A stretch of DNA of 64,000 nucleotides from Lama glama (Eukaryota): assembly GCA_028534125.1 (NCBI GenBank), contig CM052816.1:80106001-80170000 (forward strand), in the 5' to 3' direction. The notes beneath the pieces were generated by a model. It ran no database searches. It saw only the letters and a list, made by a program, of their open reading frames with translations, and had not been told where the DNA came from. The position numbers and the translations under genes are program-made. Positions 12,326-24,010 of the stretch are shown here, in pieces. Position 1 is the stretch's first letter, and each line of letters starts with the position of its first letter.

Positions 12326-13854
12326 ATCTGTTTCATTGATGGTGCAAAAATGAACTTTAGCCCAATTCCATAGAAGAGGATTTTAGATTTGGAAGGGACC
12401 AGAGATGCTTGAGTCCTATTCATGATGAAACTGAGGCCCAGGGGTATGTCCTTTATCCAGACCCATCTTGTAAATAATTATCAATGATGCTTGGGTCAAA
12501 AAATCACATACTGGGACTCTCATTCTGTCATTCAATAAATATTACTAGGCCCATATCATGTGCCAGGCACCCAGTATTCATGCTTTTTCATTGGATCCTA
12601 TTATTTACTGATTCAGAATTAATTTCAAATTAATGGGTTTTTACTGTGATTTTTCAGCTACTCTGAGGTGTGGGTGGGTTCCCGTCATGTGGTATGTCCA
12701 GATGCCCTGGAAGAAAAGGAAGTCCTAGCAGCCATGGCTGGTGGAACGAGACTTACAAACTATATCTTAACCCTTCTTTCAATTGAAGTATTATTTCTGT
12801 GTGTGTAACTTGAGAATTACACTCTGGTGGTACAAGTGGGCTGGTTAAAAATCATACTCCCTCATATAGGATCCAGAAGATAAAAAATGGGTAACAATAA
12901 GTTATTGTCCTAGTGTGGGAGGTTGGCAAAGGAAGAAGAACTCAGGCAGGAAAAGAAACAGGACATTCAAGTTCAAATCAGAGGATAAATCTGGAGCCTC
13001 AAGGGAGAAGCAGTGTCTGAATGTGACTCAAGATGTTCCCAGGGTGTTACACCAAATGCAGGGTACAAATGTAGGAATGGGGCCAGTGGCCAGAGTGAGG
13101 GAATGAAGATCTGGACAGCACCCAGGGGAGGTAGCTAATGGGAAGAAGAAAGACATGAGTTTAGCCAGGCCAGGTATCATGGACCAGGGTGAAAACCAGA
13201 GGCTAGTGCCAGAGATGATTCTCACCGATGCATTTCCCCAACAGCTGGATCCAAAGGCCCAGAACTGACAATTATTTTTAATACAGGCTTATTTTAAATA
13301 GCATTTTTAACTTAAAAATCTTTCATACATACACACCATCTTATTTAATCCAAGGAATGTATGAAGATATTACATTCGTATTCTGTAGATGAGAGAATTG
13401 AGGTCCAGAGAGGTTGAGAACAGAACCCAATGTTTGATGATGGGTTGACAGCAGAGCAGGGATGAGAACTCAAGTCTTCCAACCTCCATCTCTCATACAG
13501 CTTTGATCCAGGCTACAGGTCCCTGAGATGGGAAGATAGAAATTATCAGTGATGAGACTAGGAAATGTACACCAATGTTGTGGGACCTGTCCCACAGTGG
13601 AAATTTATACATCTTAATAGTGATTTGCTGTGTAATTTCCCCCACCCCACCTTTTTTTCTGGGAGACCAGTCACCTGAGTTGCAAAGGAAGACAACCTCA
13701 TGGCTTTGGCCCTTAACTTGAAGCATTCAACCTAGTTGATCTCCAGAACTTCCAAAGGCTGTCTTATCTTGGGCTCCATCAAGTGAAGGCTCCCATAAAG
13801 GTCTGAATGTAAATCCTAAAAGAGAGTATTTACCATCGTGAGCAACAGTAGCAA

Positions 13855-16712
13855 CGATCATTTATTGATTGCTCAGTATGGCAGGTGCCATTCTACACAT
13901 TCTAGAACTTTTCAGTTAGTCTTCAATATGACCCTCTTTAGTGGCTACTATTGTTATCTTTAGATAGAGAAACTGAGGCAGGAGGACAATGAGTAACTTG
14001 ACCAAAGTCAGACAGGTCATTGCTGCCTCTGCCTTATCCCCACCACCCTCAGTTCCCACACATGACAGCAGCTTCCTACTGTGAGCTCCTGGACTCTCCA
14101 CCTGAGGGCTTTCTCTGGCCACAGGACCATGTTCTGCCCAAGCACAGGGTGGGTTGGAAGTTTCAGAGAATTAATGCCCCTGAGGACAGATCTCAACCAG
14201 TGAAGCTGGAGGATGAACACCCCAGCATCCTTCTCCCTGGAGTAGGACATTTCTGCAGTGCAGTCTTCATGGTCTTCCAGAAGTCTCCATTGGGATTGTG
14301 TCCACAATGCCTACAACGTTAAAATGCTCCTTAACACACACTGTGTTTGCTTTCTTCCACTGCATCTATCACTCCCTAACTGATGCCTCCTGGTTTTATC
14401 TCCCAAATAAAATATTTACACTCAAATCATTGTCTCAGAATCTGTTTCTGGAAACTCAAACCAAGACAAGTAGATGAACTGGAAGCAGTCCTAGAAAACA
14501 GACCCACGAATGGTATTTGGAACCTGCAATTCACTGGCCAGAAGGCAATAAGCATCCTTTGTTGGTGGTAAGTGAGGTGGTGAAAAACCCCTGGTGTGTG
14601 GAGCAGTATGGTTACTAAGACTCTGCTGTGTGATTGGGATGGAGGACCAATGGAAAGGGCTGCCTTGGCTTATGTCATAGCTGTTGCATTTGAAAGACTG
14701 GGAGCAATAATAATACAGAGATTGGGGAGTTGGTTGTGTGTTGTTAACTGCAGTAGTAACTCTGAGAAAAGAAGACAACAGGCTTGTGGCAGTGAAGTAG
14801 GACAAGATAAGGAAGGTGACCTCTACGCTGGCAGATAAGGAGACTCATATTTTCTGCAGCTGGAGGGCAGACTGCTGAGAACCTGGTGTATAATTCTATT
14901 GTAAGAGTGACAGAGATGGAGGCACCAGCGTGGGATCCCTTTATCAGAGCTGACCTAGCTACTCCTGCATCTAAATGCCTGACCTAGTAATGAGGGGGAC
15001 TGACACTGAGCTCTCAGTTTTGTAGCATCCCTCAAGGAGTAAGCTCACCACTGGTTGAAAGTTGATTAGATTCGACCCATCCCACTTGGAAGGAGACACA
15101 GACTCATGCTTACTGGGGTGGATTCACCTTCTCTTCCCGTAGTGCCTCTGCCAGCACCTTTATCCAAGGATTCACAGAACGTCTGATTTACCAAACACAA
15201 GCATCCACATAACATCATCTGAGACCACTTTATAGTGAAGTTGAGACCATGGTCACACAACCACAGGCTTTCCTGATCCTACCACACACCACATCATCTG
15301 GAGGCTGCTGGGGGTTGAATTTTGGAATGGCCTCGTAAGGACTTAGCTACGATACCAGCTAGGGAGGACACACCATGGGCCTGAAACACTGGTCTTCAAG
15401 GTACAGTACATACATCCAGTCATTATTTAGGGCTTGTGTCCCTGGTGGGTCGAATTCACAGACTCAGGAAATAAAAGTAGGAAGTGGCCCTCTCACTATC
15501 ATGGCTGGTGACCCACTTAGTGAGTTGTGCTTCCCATTTCTGCAACTTTGGTTTCTTCTAGACTAAAATCTTGTCTCCTGAAGTAAATGGGCGGGTGGGA
15601 GGAATGTCCACACAAATTTAGTCAGGGCTTCACTAAATTAAGTTAAGCCTGTCACCCGGTCATTTAAAACTCCTGGATCAGTAGTCCAGTAAGCATCCCC
15701 CTGCTACTCCCCTGCCAAAAAAAAGTTTGTATACTGCAGGGATAATTGACCCTGATTATCCCAAAGGATCAGGCTGATTTCTACACAGTAGGACCAGGAC
15801 GGAGTGTGTCTGGAGCTCAGAGGACATCCTAGGTCACTGCTTGATGCTTCTAGACTGTGGGTGGACAACTGCGGCAACCCCAGCCTGACGAAGACATGGA
15901 AACCTGGGGCTCAGGCCCTCAGCAGTGGAGGTCGAGATTATCCTGCTTGGAACACAACCTAGAACGGCGGAAGGACCGGCTGAGGGCCAGGGGAATTCAG
16001 GATGAGGGGTGGAAGAACCGTGAGGAGCAGAATTAGAGCCTTAGGACTAACTGCAGCAGAAGGGACCATGGCTTAGCTCACTAATGGGCCTATTAAACTG
16101 TTTTTTCCCCTTGGAAATTGTGATGTGCCACTTTCAAAACTCAGCGACAAGACAGGTGCGTGAGTAGATCTGTGTGATGACAGGGCTGGATGGGAGCAGA
16201 TGCTGTGGGTCCTCCACCCATATCCTTTGGTTCTCACGGGTCGCATGCAGGCAAGCAGGTCCCCGCTCTTAGCAGAGGGCGTCTGTGGCCACAGAAACAA
16301 GCTTGGCTTGTAAGGGGGAAGGTCAGAAATCCCAGGAATTCACATGGTAGAAGGTAGCCCTCGACCAGTGAAGGACGGGAGCTGGTAGATAAATGCTCAG
16401 CTTCCGTGACCCTTGGGTGGGATGCCTCTGAAGCATGTTCTCTATAGTTTTCCAGGGAACACCATCAGAATAGATACCCAGACATCCCTAGGGACCCTCC
16501 TCTTCATGCACACTGTATTGTCTCTCTTCCCTTTCCTGAATCACTTCCCAGCTCCCTCACTGGTGCTTCCTGGCCTTACCTTCCAAATAAGTCACTTATA
16601 CCCAAATCCTCATTGCAGGTCCAGCTTCTGAGTGAACCCAAGCTCGGGGAGTGGCCCATGCAGAATACGAATCCAGACAGTTTGGCTCCAGAGTCCATGC
16701 TTTTAACCACAG
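13855..16712 (-). mobile_element. MIR split by an ERVL provirus (13855-14010 and 16648-16712)
   Basis: Core 'agagaaactgaggca...gtaacttgaccaaagtca' continues collinearly at 16648 as 'gagtggc...cgaatccagacagtttggctccagagtccatgcttttaaccac'. Confidence 0.75.
14011..16647 (+). mobile_element. Internally deleted ERVL provirus (LTR16-like LTRs, ERV3-16A3-like interior)
   Basis: Related LTRs ~14011-14469 and ~16195-16647 (both '...ccaaataa...ccaag'); leader 'cctagaaaacagaccc...ggtggtaagtg'; decayed integrase ~15050-15360 (...SASTFIQGFTERLI..., YHTPHHLEAAG, WNGLV). Confidence 0.75.
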
Positions 16713-17624
16713 CATGTGAATTAAAGAATTATCCCATACATATAATGGATGCCAAAGGGGAGGAAAAGGATCCAAAAACCCTCAAAGGCAGCCTCAGAAC
16801 CAAAGTATTCCAACTTTACAAGCCTTATGGCCAAGGGTTGATTTTTTACAGAAGGGTACTTGGTATCAGTGTCTGTGGGAAAGTTAGTGAACACTCATCT
16901 GGATGTCTCTTTTCTTTCCTTTTCTCTTCTTTTCTTTTCTTTCTTTCCTTTTCTTTGCTCTTCTCTTTTCTTTTTCAGTAAGATGTGGATCTAATCTATA
17001 AACTGATCCATGTAATATTTTATTTGCTTCTTCACATTTGCAAAAAGTGTGATAGCATGCTACTCTTAGAGGAGCCCCTACCCCTTAAAAAATGGGGAGC
17101 CTGTGAAGCAAAATTGTGTATATTTTTTAGTTGTTTCTACCAACTGAATTAAATGTTGCTCCCACTCCAGAGCCAAAGTCTTGGCTGACTTCACCTCCAA
17201 AGTTTCATTAGGATCTTTGTGAATTGTCCTCATCCTCAGAAGGAGGGAAAGGGTATAAAGAAACCACATGCCCTGTCTCTTTGCAATAAACCTGAGAGGC
17301 TGCAGCATCTTTTCTCTCCATCCACTGCTTTCCAAAGTCTTCGATCCAGTTTGGAGTCAGAACTGACATAAACAAAACCCATTCTGAATAGGCAATGGCC
17401 AGGGAAGAGGTTTGCATATTTCTTAGAGGAGGAGGCAAGGGCTAGTGAGTTAGTACATCCGGAATGTGAGCCTAGTGGCCTGGAGTACTGAGAACTGGCC
17501 AGACTCACCTGTGGAGGGAGCCTGGGAGGCTGAGAAAGTACAAAGCTACAATCGCGGGTCTTTCATTGGTTACATCATAGTTATTATCTCCATAAGCGAT
17601 GTTGGCACTAAAATGTAGGGCCCC

Positions 17625-18272
17625 GCTCTGAGACCAGGTTGTCTAGGTGCCTGGTTTGAGTCCCAGCCCCACCCCTTACTTGGTATTGCTCAACTTTCCT
17701 GGGATTCAGTGTCATCATCTGTAAAAGAGGGTCCTGGCAAGAAACAGATGTATTCTCAAATTGAGGAGAGTTTAATAAAGAGACTGCTAACCAAAAGTGG
17801 GCAGGATTAGGGGAAACCAACAAGAAGCAGTGAAGGAACGTCAGGCAGCCAGCACTGCCCCTAGGCTGTGGAGTGTTACCAGAGTGCAGAGTAACAACCG
17901 ATCTGCCCGTGGGAGAGGACTGTGTGACAGCAGCTGTGGCTTCCAGGGGAAGAACTGCCACCCAACAGCCCTTATGTTGTTATTCCCATCCCTGGATGTT
18001 GGTGCCTACTGCTGGAGCCCCCAGTGGTTGAATTTAACTGGAATCCAGAGGGCAAAGGAGCCAGGCCGAGGCTGTCTGTAATAGCTAGCCTCCCAGGTAC
18101 AGAGCAGAGTGCAAAAGGGCAGAGCCTGTCAGGTGGGCAGACAGACAATTCGTCTCACAGATAGCAACTACCTCATAGGGCGGTTGTGAAAATTAAATAA
18201 GTTGCTACAGAGAAATGCTTAGAGCAATGCAGGGACATGGTTAATCCTATTTAAGAGTCCACTACTATTATT
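17625..18272 (+). mobile_element. MIR split by an LTR
   Basis: 'ttcagtgtcatcatctgtaaaa' resumes at ~18160 as 'gatagcaactacctcatagggcggttgtgaaaattaaat'. Confidence 0.7.
17727..18159 (-). mobile_element. ERVL solo LTR (LTR41-like)
   Basis: 'gggtcctggcaagaaacagatg...gagagtttaataaagagactg...ccagagggcaaaggagcc...cctcccaggtacagagcag'. Confidence 0.65.
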
Positions 18273-18485
18273 CTATCCCTTGTATTTCTCGGTGCCTTTT
18301 AGCATCCAGGTTGCTGCAGGGTTGATTGAACCATTCCTTATGTGTCTAGTGCCAGCCTAGCTCCTGTTGCCTGGAGACTCTCTCTGCCAAGGCTGAATAT
18401 CTGCTTCTTGTCTCCAGGGCATTGCTCTTGGATGACAATGCTGACGTCTACACCTGGGCCTGCATTATTTCTGGGCTAAGGAGAT

Positions 18486-18533
18486 TCTGAACTGGGCCCA
18501 GGGAATGAGTCTGAACTGGGCCCAGGGAATAAG
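18486..18533. repeat. 24-bp tandem duplication
   Basis: tctgaactgggcccagggaatgag / tctgaactgggcccagggaataag. Confidence 0.95.
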
Positions 18534-18739
18534 CCTTGGGTATGCTGGTCCCATCTGGAAAGACTTGCATTCTCACCTTATAAAGTAAATCTCCTTTAGT
18601 TAGACACAAGTCAACCACGTCCGGGCTGAGCAGATGGTAAACCTACACTTGCTTCCTCTCCACCTATCAGTTAAGGATCAATAGTCAAGGGCCTCCTACA
18701 GTGAGTCCCACTCACTTCCAAAATTGAATCTCCAGAGTT

Positions 18740-18970
18740 CAATAATAACAGAAATTGCTACCATCTCCTGGACATCTAATTATGGACCAAACAGTATGTG
18801 TAGGAAGCCTAATATATTTTATGACATTTAATGCTCATAGCAACTCTACCAAGTATTACTGTCCCCATTTTACAGGTGAGGAAACTGAGACTCAGGGGTT
18901 TCACTTACATGGTGAGGAGGTGGCAGCTTCAAGATTAGTCTATCTGACCCCGAAGTCCTTTCCACCATGC
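18740..18970 (-). mobile_element. MIR
   Basis: 'gtccccattttacaggtgaggaaactgagactcag'. Confidence 0.8.
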
Positions 18971-21589
18971 AATGATGTCAATGGATCCATCCATCTTGAA
19001 TCATGTATTTTCTTCTGAACTGTTTCTGAAGTCATAAAATACATGTAAGCAGAAGAGGTGGATTTCTGCCATTGAAAAACGTATCATATTGTTGGAAGAT
19101 GAGATTCACACAAACGGAGCAGCTGGAAAATGGTCAGTCAAATTAGGTGCTAAACTGAGCACCACAAACTCAACGTGCTTTGAGAAAGGGAAGACTATGA
19201 GGGTGATCAAGAAGCAGAGCTTGGGTGGGGAGGTGTGGAGAGAGGTAAAGAATGTCCATGGAGGGCAACATCTGTGGAGAAGAGAAGGAAGACAGAAGGA
19301 AGCCCAGCCAGTGGAAGAGGAAACTGGTGGAACTAGAGGAGGGAGGATGAGGGGACAGCAGATCGTCATTGGGAGGTTGTCTGAGGAAGAACGAGAAGCC
19401 TTTGAGAGCTCTGAAGAGGAGCTTAGACTCAGTGTGGAAGCCAAAGGAACGCATGGTAGCTGTGGATCGGCAGTAGGAAATGAAAGAAAAAGTGTTAGGA
19501 AGGTTTAGATTTTAGGACTAAAGAAATGCTGTTAAAACACACTCTTGCAAAGTAACAAGGACCAAGATAAGTGAGAGAAAGTTGGAGCCACACTTCAGAA
19601 GGACTGGCCAGACTTGGTGAGTAAATAGGGTGGATGAGATGAGGATGACTTCATTTGTTTTCGTCGTGCTCAAAAGCGGGGACTGGGGAACAGATCTGGA
19701 GAAGGGTCACCCATCCATCCAGCTGAATGGAATCTTCCCTAAAGGAAATGAAAATGATCAGAGAAGCAAATTCCCCACCCCCTTGCCTTTTTTTTTTTTT
19801 TTGCTGAGGAGTGGGATATCTAGTTTTGCAAAAAGCTCCTAGAGCTCCCCATCTGATAGTTAGAAGAAAGCTTTGAATAAAGATCTCTCAACTTAGCGGT
19901 TCCCCATCTGTACGTCCTGAGCTGTGTGTGACTTCAGGGCTTCTAAGAATAGGGGAAGGAGACGCCCTCCCCTTCTCCCAGTGGCGGAGGTGTGTCCAAG
20001 TGTTCTTGCTGCTCCAAAGGAGAAATCTAAACAAATCCAATTTGTTGACTTGTTAAATCTCAAGGAATTCAAAATACATCCTTATTAATCAACCAAGCAA
20101 ACACAATTTACTCATTGAGCAGAAGTACTGACCCTGAAAAGGTTTTATACTCATAGCTTCTCTTGGCCCAAGTTCATTACAATACACACTTTCATTCTGG
20201 TTAAGATGTTGAAGGAATTGTTCCCAATAAACTGTTGCCACCAGTAAACTGTGGACTCCATCCTCTTTCCAGGAAGATCTTGTATTTCCCTGATATCTAG
20301 ACCTTTTTAATTTAGGGGCCTACCCTCAAAACAAGTAAATCAATGAATTAATGCAACCAAACACTAAGCTTTGCTTCTCTGATCAGATGAGCAGTTTTCA
20401 TTTCCTTTTGGGGAAGCCATGATTCAAGTTGTTAAATGCACTTCATTTATAGATGACTCTTTTTAACTGTTCCTCTCTTCCCCATTGACTGAGCACCAGA
20501 TGAGCGCTGAATTTATTTGTTCTCACAAGCCTTTAAAATATTTCCATTTCTTATCAATCAAGGGAAACAAACAACATACTTCAGTCTAAAGTATACCTCA
20601 TGTTGTGTGATGTTTCTTCCGAAGAATGTGTGTGGGGTGTGTGTATGTGTGTGTGTGTTGGCAGTGGGGGTGGGGGGACAGGAGGGGGCAGAGGAAGAGG
20701 AGGGGATGCTGTTTTCTCAGAACTCGGTGGTGGTGAGCGTGTGGCGTTAGCCTTTGCAGAGATAACAAGTGCTCACTTTTAAGTGATTGCACCCATGTAG
20801 CCTCCATCAAAGTTTTGAAGAGGCTTTACGAGACCAGACATAAAAAACGGCATTTCCTGATTAGCTGTCAGGAATACTATGTGTCTACAGACATGAATCA
20901 CATCCCTTGTTTGTACATTCCATTTCACAACAGGAACATGAGACGTACCCGCCCAGTCCTTAGCAGCTTCTGGGAGGAGGAGGAGCTAACTAGCCTCCCT
21001 CCCATGGGATGTTGGCACCAAGACAAGAGAAGATAAGGTATCTTGTTGGATTGATGGCGTAGACAGCCCGGTAGAGAGACATGGTGAAAGGGGAAATAAA
21101 AGAAAGGGCTGTGGATTTTCCCCATGTGCTAGGGCTTTTGAAGCCACTGGAATCATTTCACTCAAAGAGCATGCCCAGTGCTCTATAACCTTTCTGTCAG
21201 AATTAGTCAGCCTACACCCCACTTCTCTCCTTTTCCTACCAGATGCCGCCATGTGCCTTTCTTCCTTCCCATGATGGGTGGTGGGGCAGCTTCCTGTTTC
21301 AGCAGGAAGTGAATAAAGAGCTTCTAACTGGACCGGAAACTTATCTCGGTTTCACGCTCACTTTATGGTTCCTTTGTTTGTGCAGCCTTGAGCTGTTTAC
21401 CATCCAGATTTCTGAGCCTTTGCTTCCTAGTGTCATGTAGCTATTCTGTATGACTTACTGGTTTGGATCCTGACCCACCACGTTGGCAGGATTTCTGGAA
21501 CGTTGCTTTCTACTGCCACCTGCCTAGTTGTCTCTCTTGCCATTTCCCGCTTCTTCCTCTCTCTCTCTCTCTCCTTCCCTTTCTTTTTC

Positions 21590-21860
21590 ACATATATGTT
21601 TATTGATCATTTCATATGTGCCAGCTGTAAACGTGTGCTGAGGGCCTCACAGCTTTAGCAGAGGAGATGGACAGAGAAAAGTAATTACGATGAAGTGAGG
21701 TAAGTGTTATGCCAGGATCAGTATAGAGAGCAGTGTCAGGCTTTAAGAAACTGAAAGTTCCAGAGGGCTGGAGTGTCTGTGTGAGACAGAGAAGGGGAGA
21801 GATGAGACGAGGAAAGACGGGCCAGATGTTGCCAGTCGTATTACAGAGGATGGACTTTGT
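21590..21860 (-). mobile_element. L2 fragment
   Basis: 'tttattgatcatttcatatgtgccagc...tttagcagaggagatggacagag...aggatggactttgtccc'. Confidence 0.55.
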
Positions 21861-22034
21861 CCCAAAGACCCCCAGAAACTCTGAGAAGACAAATAATGGC
21901 TCATACCTATTCAGCAGTTACTACCTACACTATGCGCAGTTTTTCTACATTAATATTCTCACAAAATCCTTCAGGGATAAAGTGTTCTTTGTCACCTTTG
22001 TTTTATAGATGAGGAAACCAGGGCTTAGAGAATA

Positions 22035-22800
22035 CGTCAGTCCGGGTCCAAAGAAGAAACAGAAGCCATGTAAGTATTTAAAACAAAGGACATTTAATCT
22101 AGGGAACTGGTTGGACAGGTGGCGGAAGAGGTGAGACCCAGACAGCTCCGGCGAGCAACCGAGAGCAGCATCAGCAGGAGGCAAAAGGAAACGGGTCGTG
22201 TTATTGACGCTCAGAGGCCAGTCACAGGGTGGAAGCCGGAACCACAGGGGCACCGCTGAAAGCAGAGAAGGACACGCATCGGCACGCCCCTGCCTTCTGC
22301 CATCCAGCATTCACTACTGGCCTTATTGGCTGAACTCACCTGGAAGTTAGCTGACCTGGGGATTGTAGCTCGCTGTGATACAGAGAAAAGCAGGGGAAGG
22401 ACTTTGTATTAGCGTGGGTCCCAACAGGAATCAGATATGCCGAAGAAAAGTAGGGTAATTTGAGGAGGGTTTATTTACTAAGGGCTTAATTACAAAAGTA
22501 TATGGGGGCAATAGGGGAGCTACAAGGGAGAGTGCCAAGGATCTGAGGGCTAGCAGCACCAGAGCTGTTAGCATCCCTGGGGCCAAAGGGATGCCGGGAA
22601 AGGGAAGTTACTGGAACCTGGAGGGAAAGCCAGTGCTGCAGAGGAGGCCACCTGGAGAAGAGCCATGGCCCCCTTCGAGGGTCTCAGTCACAGCCTCACG
22701 GGAAGGGAGGAGACCAGCTTTCTCTCTATTCCCTCCTTCTCACCAGTGGGCGCTCCCACCGGCCAAATCCTAAAGGAAACCTGAGGACACAGGAGCCCTG
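22035..22800 (-). mobile_element. Two adjacent old ERVL solo LTRs (LTR67/LTR41-like; ~22035-22400 and ~22405-22800)
   Basis: 'gtcagtccgggtccaaagaagaaacagaagcc...tttaat' and 'tgtattagcgtgggtcccaacaggaa...gaggagggtttattt'; the second resembles 17727-18159. Confidence 0.55.
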
Positions 22801-23204
22801 TCAAGGCAGTAACATTCACAGCTTCCATTTTAGAGACAAGACATTAAGGTTTGGACAGTTTCAGCGACTTTTTCAAGGTCACACACCACTTGTAGAGCTG
22901 GAAACTGAATCTAGAAACATGTGACGCCAAAGCCATGCTTGTTGATCGTCTACAGAATAATTTCTTGCTTTAATCTTCAAATCTGACATTTTAACGTTTT
23001 GCTCACCTACCTCATTACAGAGTGCAGTTTGCACAGAACTTTCTACATCTCGTGACTACTTCCTGTTGTTTGGATCCTTGCCCCCAGCATTACCCTGATT
23101 CTCCGTGTCTTAGTGGCTGAACATCTGTTCATCATTTAACACCACTTGTGTCACTAACATTTCCTGTGGAAAAGGGATAGTTCTTTTTGGAATCAAGGGT
23201 GTGG

Positions 23205-23757
23205 CACACACAAGTCGTGGAGACAGACTGTCCCTGCCCACAGGGTACCCCTGACTTGGTACTGCAGATGCGCAAAGCTGCAGGTTGTGTCCACTACTTG
23301 GGAACTACAGCTGTGCACTCAGGCAGCCGAGATCCCTGTGCTGGTTGTGCAAGCCCCTCGTCCCTCCTCCATTGCAGTCCGATTCCCGGTGGTTGAGCCC
23401 CACAGATTCTCCTGAAATCCCGCTGGGGCGAGGTCAGAGTAGGAGGCTCTGCAAAGCGACCCGTGATTCTAGGGGTGGCTGGTTGCCCCCGCTGGTTCTC
23501 TTCCCACTGGAGGAACCGAAGGCTGCACTGGCCTGGGGGAGGGGCAGGGCAGTCAGTGTGTAGCCCTTTCTCCTACCTTCTGGTGCAGTCTGTCTTGGTG
23601 TCTCTGGTGCAGGGGGTGGGGGAGGGGTGCTTCAGCCTCACCCCCATGTTCTAGGATTCTCTCAGTGGTGTCTTGTTCTTGAATAACTGTTAGTTGTTCT
23701 TGTGAAAGGGAGCAAACTCACAACAACCCATGTCACAACCTCGATGATGTCACTCTG
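23205..23757 (-). mobile_element. Old L1 5'UTR fragment (L1M2/L1M3-like)
   Basis: Reverse complement begins agagtgacatc...acaagaacaactaacagttattcaagaacaagacaccactgagagaatcctagaacatgggggtgaggctgaagcacc; locally GC/CpG-richer. Confidence 0.65.
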
Positions 23758-24010
23758 GGACGGCTTCAGGGCTTCTTTTTATCATCAGACTGGTTAGAGC
23801 TAGATGTTTGAAGGAAAGAGTGTAACTTAAGAAAAAGTGGCCAAGAACGATTGGTTCTCTTTGAGTATAGTTTTAGAGCAGAGCCATCAGAAGAGTCCTT
23901 AGGACTCACATATGTCCCACTCCGCTCACCCCAGGTGGGCTCTGAGGCCAACGCCGTAGTAGTTGAGTATTTCTTTGCCCGATGTGGTTCATCTCACAGC
24001 TTTCCTAGAG

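Larger units (their letters stand above)
9550..18612 (-). pseudogene. Tentative decayed Ig receptor unit H (up to 6 Ig exons + TM exon)
   Basis: Mini-exon-like 18612-18577 (LCLTK...|gtgaga, acceptor not canonical). Ig candidates 18427-17509 (split by MIR+LTR), 17383-~17070 (LR(C)IAKRQGM.F), 13815-13499 (one frame: EPSL...SGDQL..LQ.KGQ...KFPL...GV(Y)F...FPS.GPV|gtatga), ~13243-12950 (SLWFSPWSMIP), 12860-~12573 (IFNQPT...RRV.I), 10091-9769 (LGEK[+1]ISFL(C)HH...DYLLKIT). TM-like 9692-~9550 (QD(Y)..NI.(R)...MLLV...HSLR). Confidence 0.35.

Noticed and set aside
19089..19508. 139-aa Glu/Arg/Gly-rich ORF
   Set aside because: Purine-rich low-complexity and L2-derived sequence with no recognisable domain.
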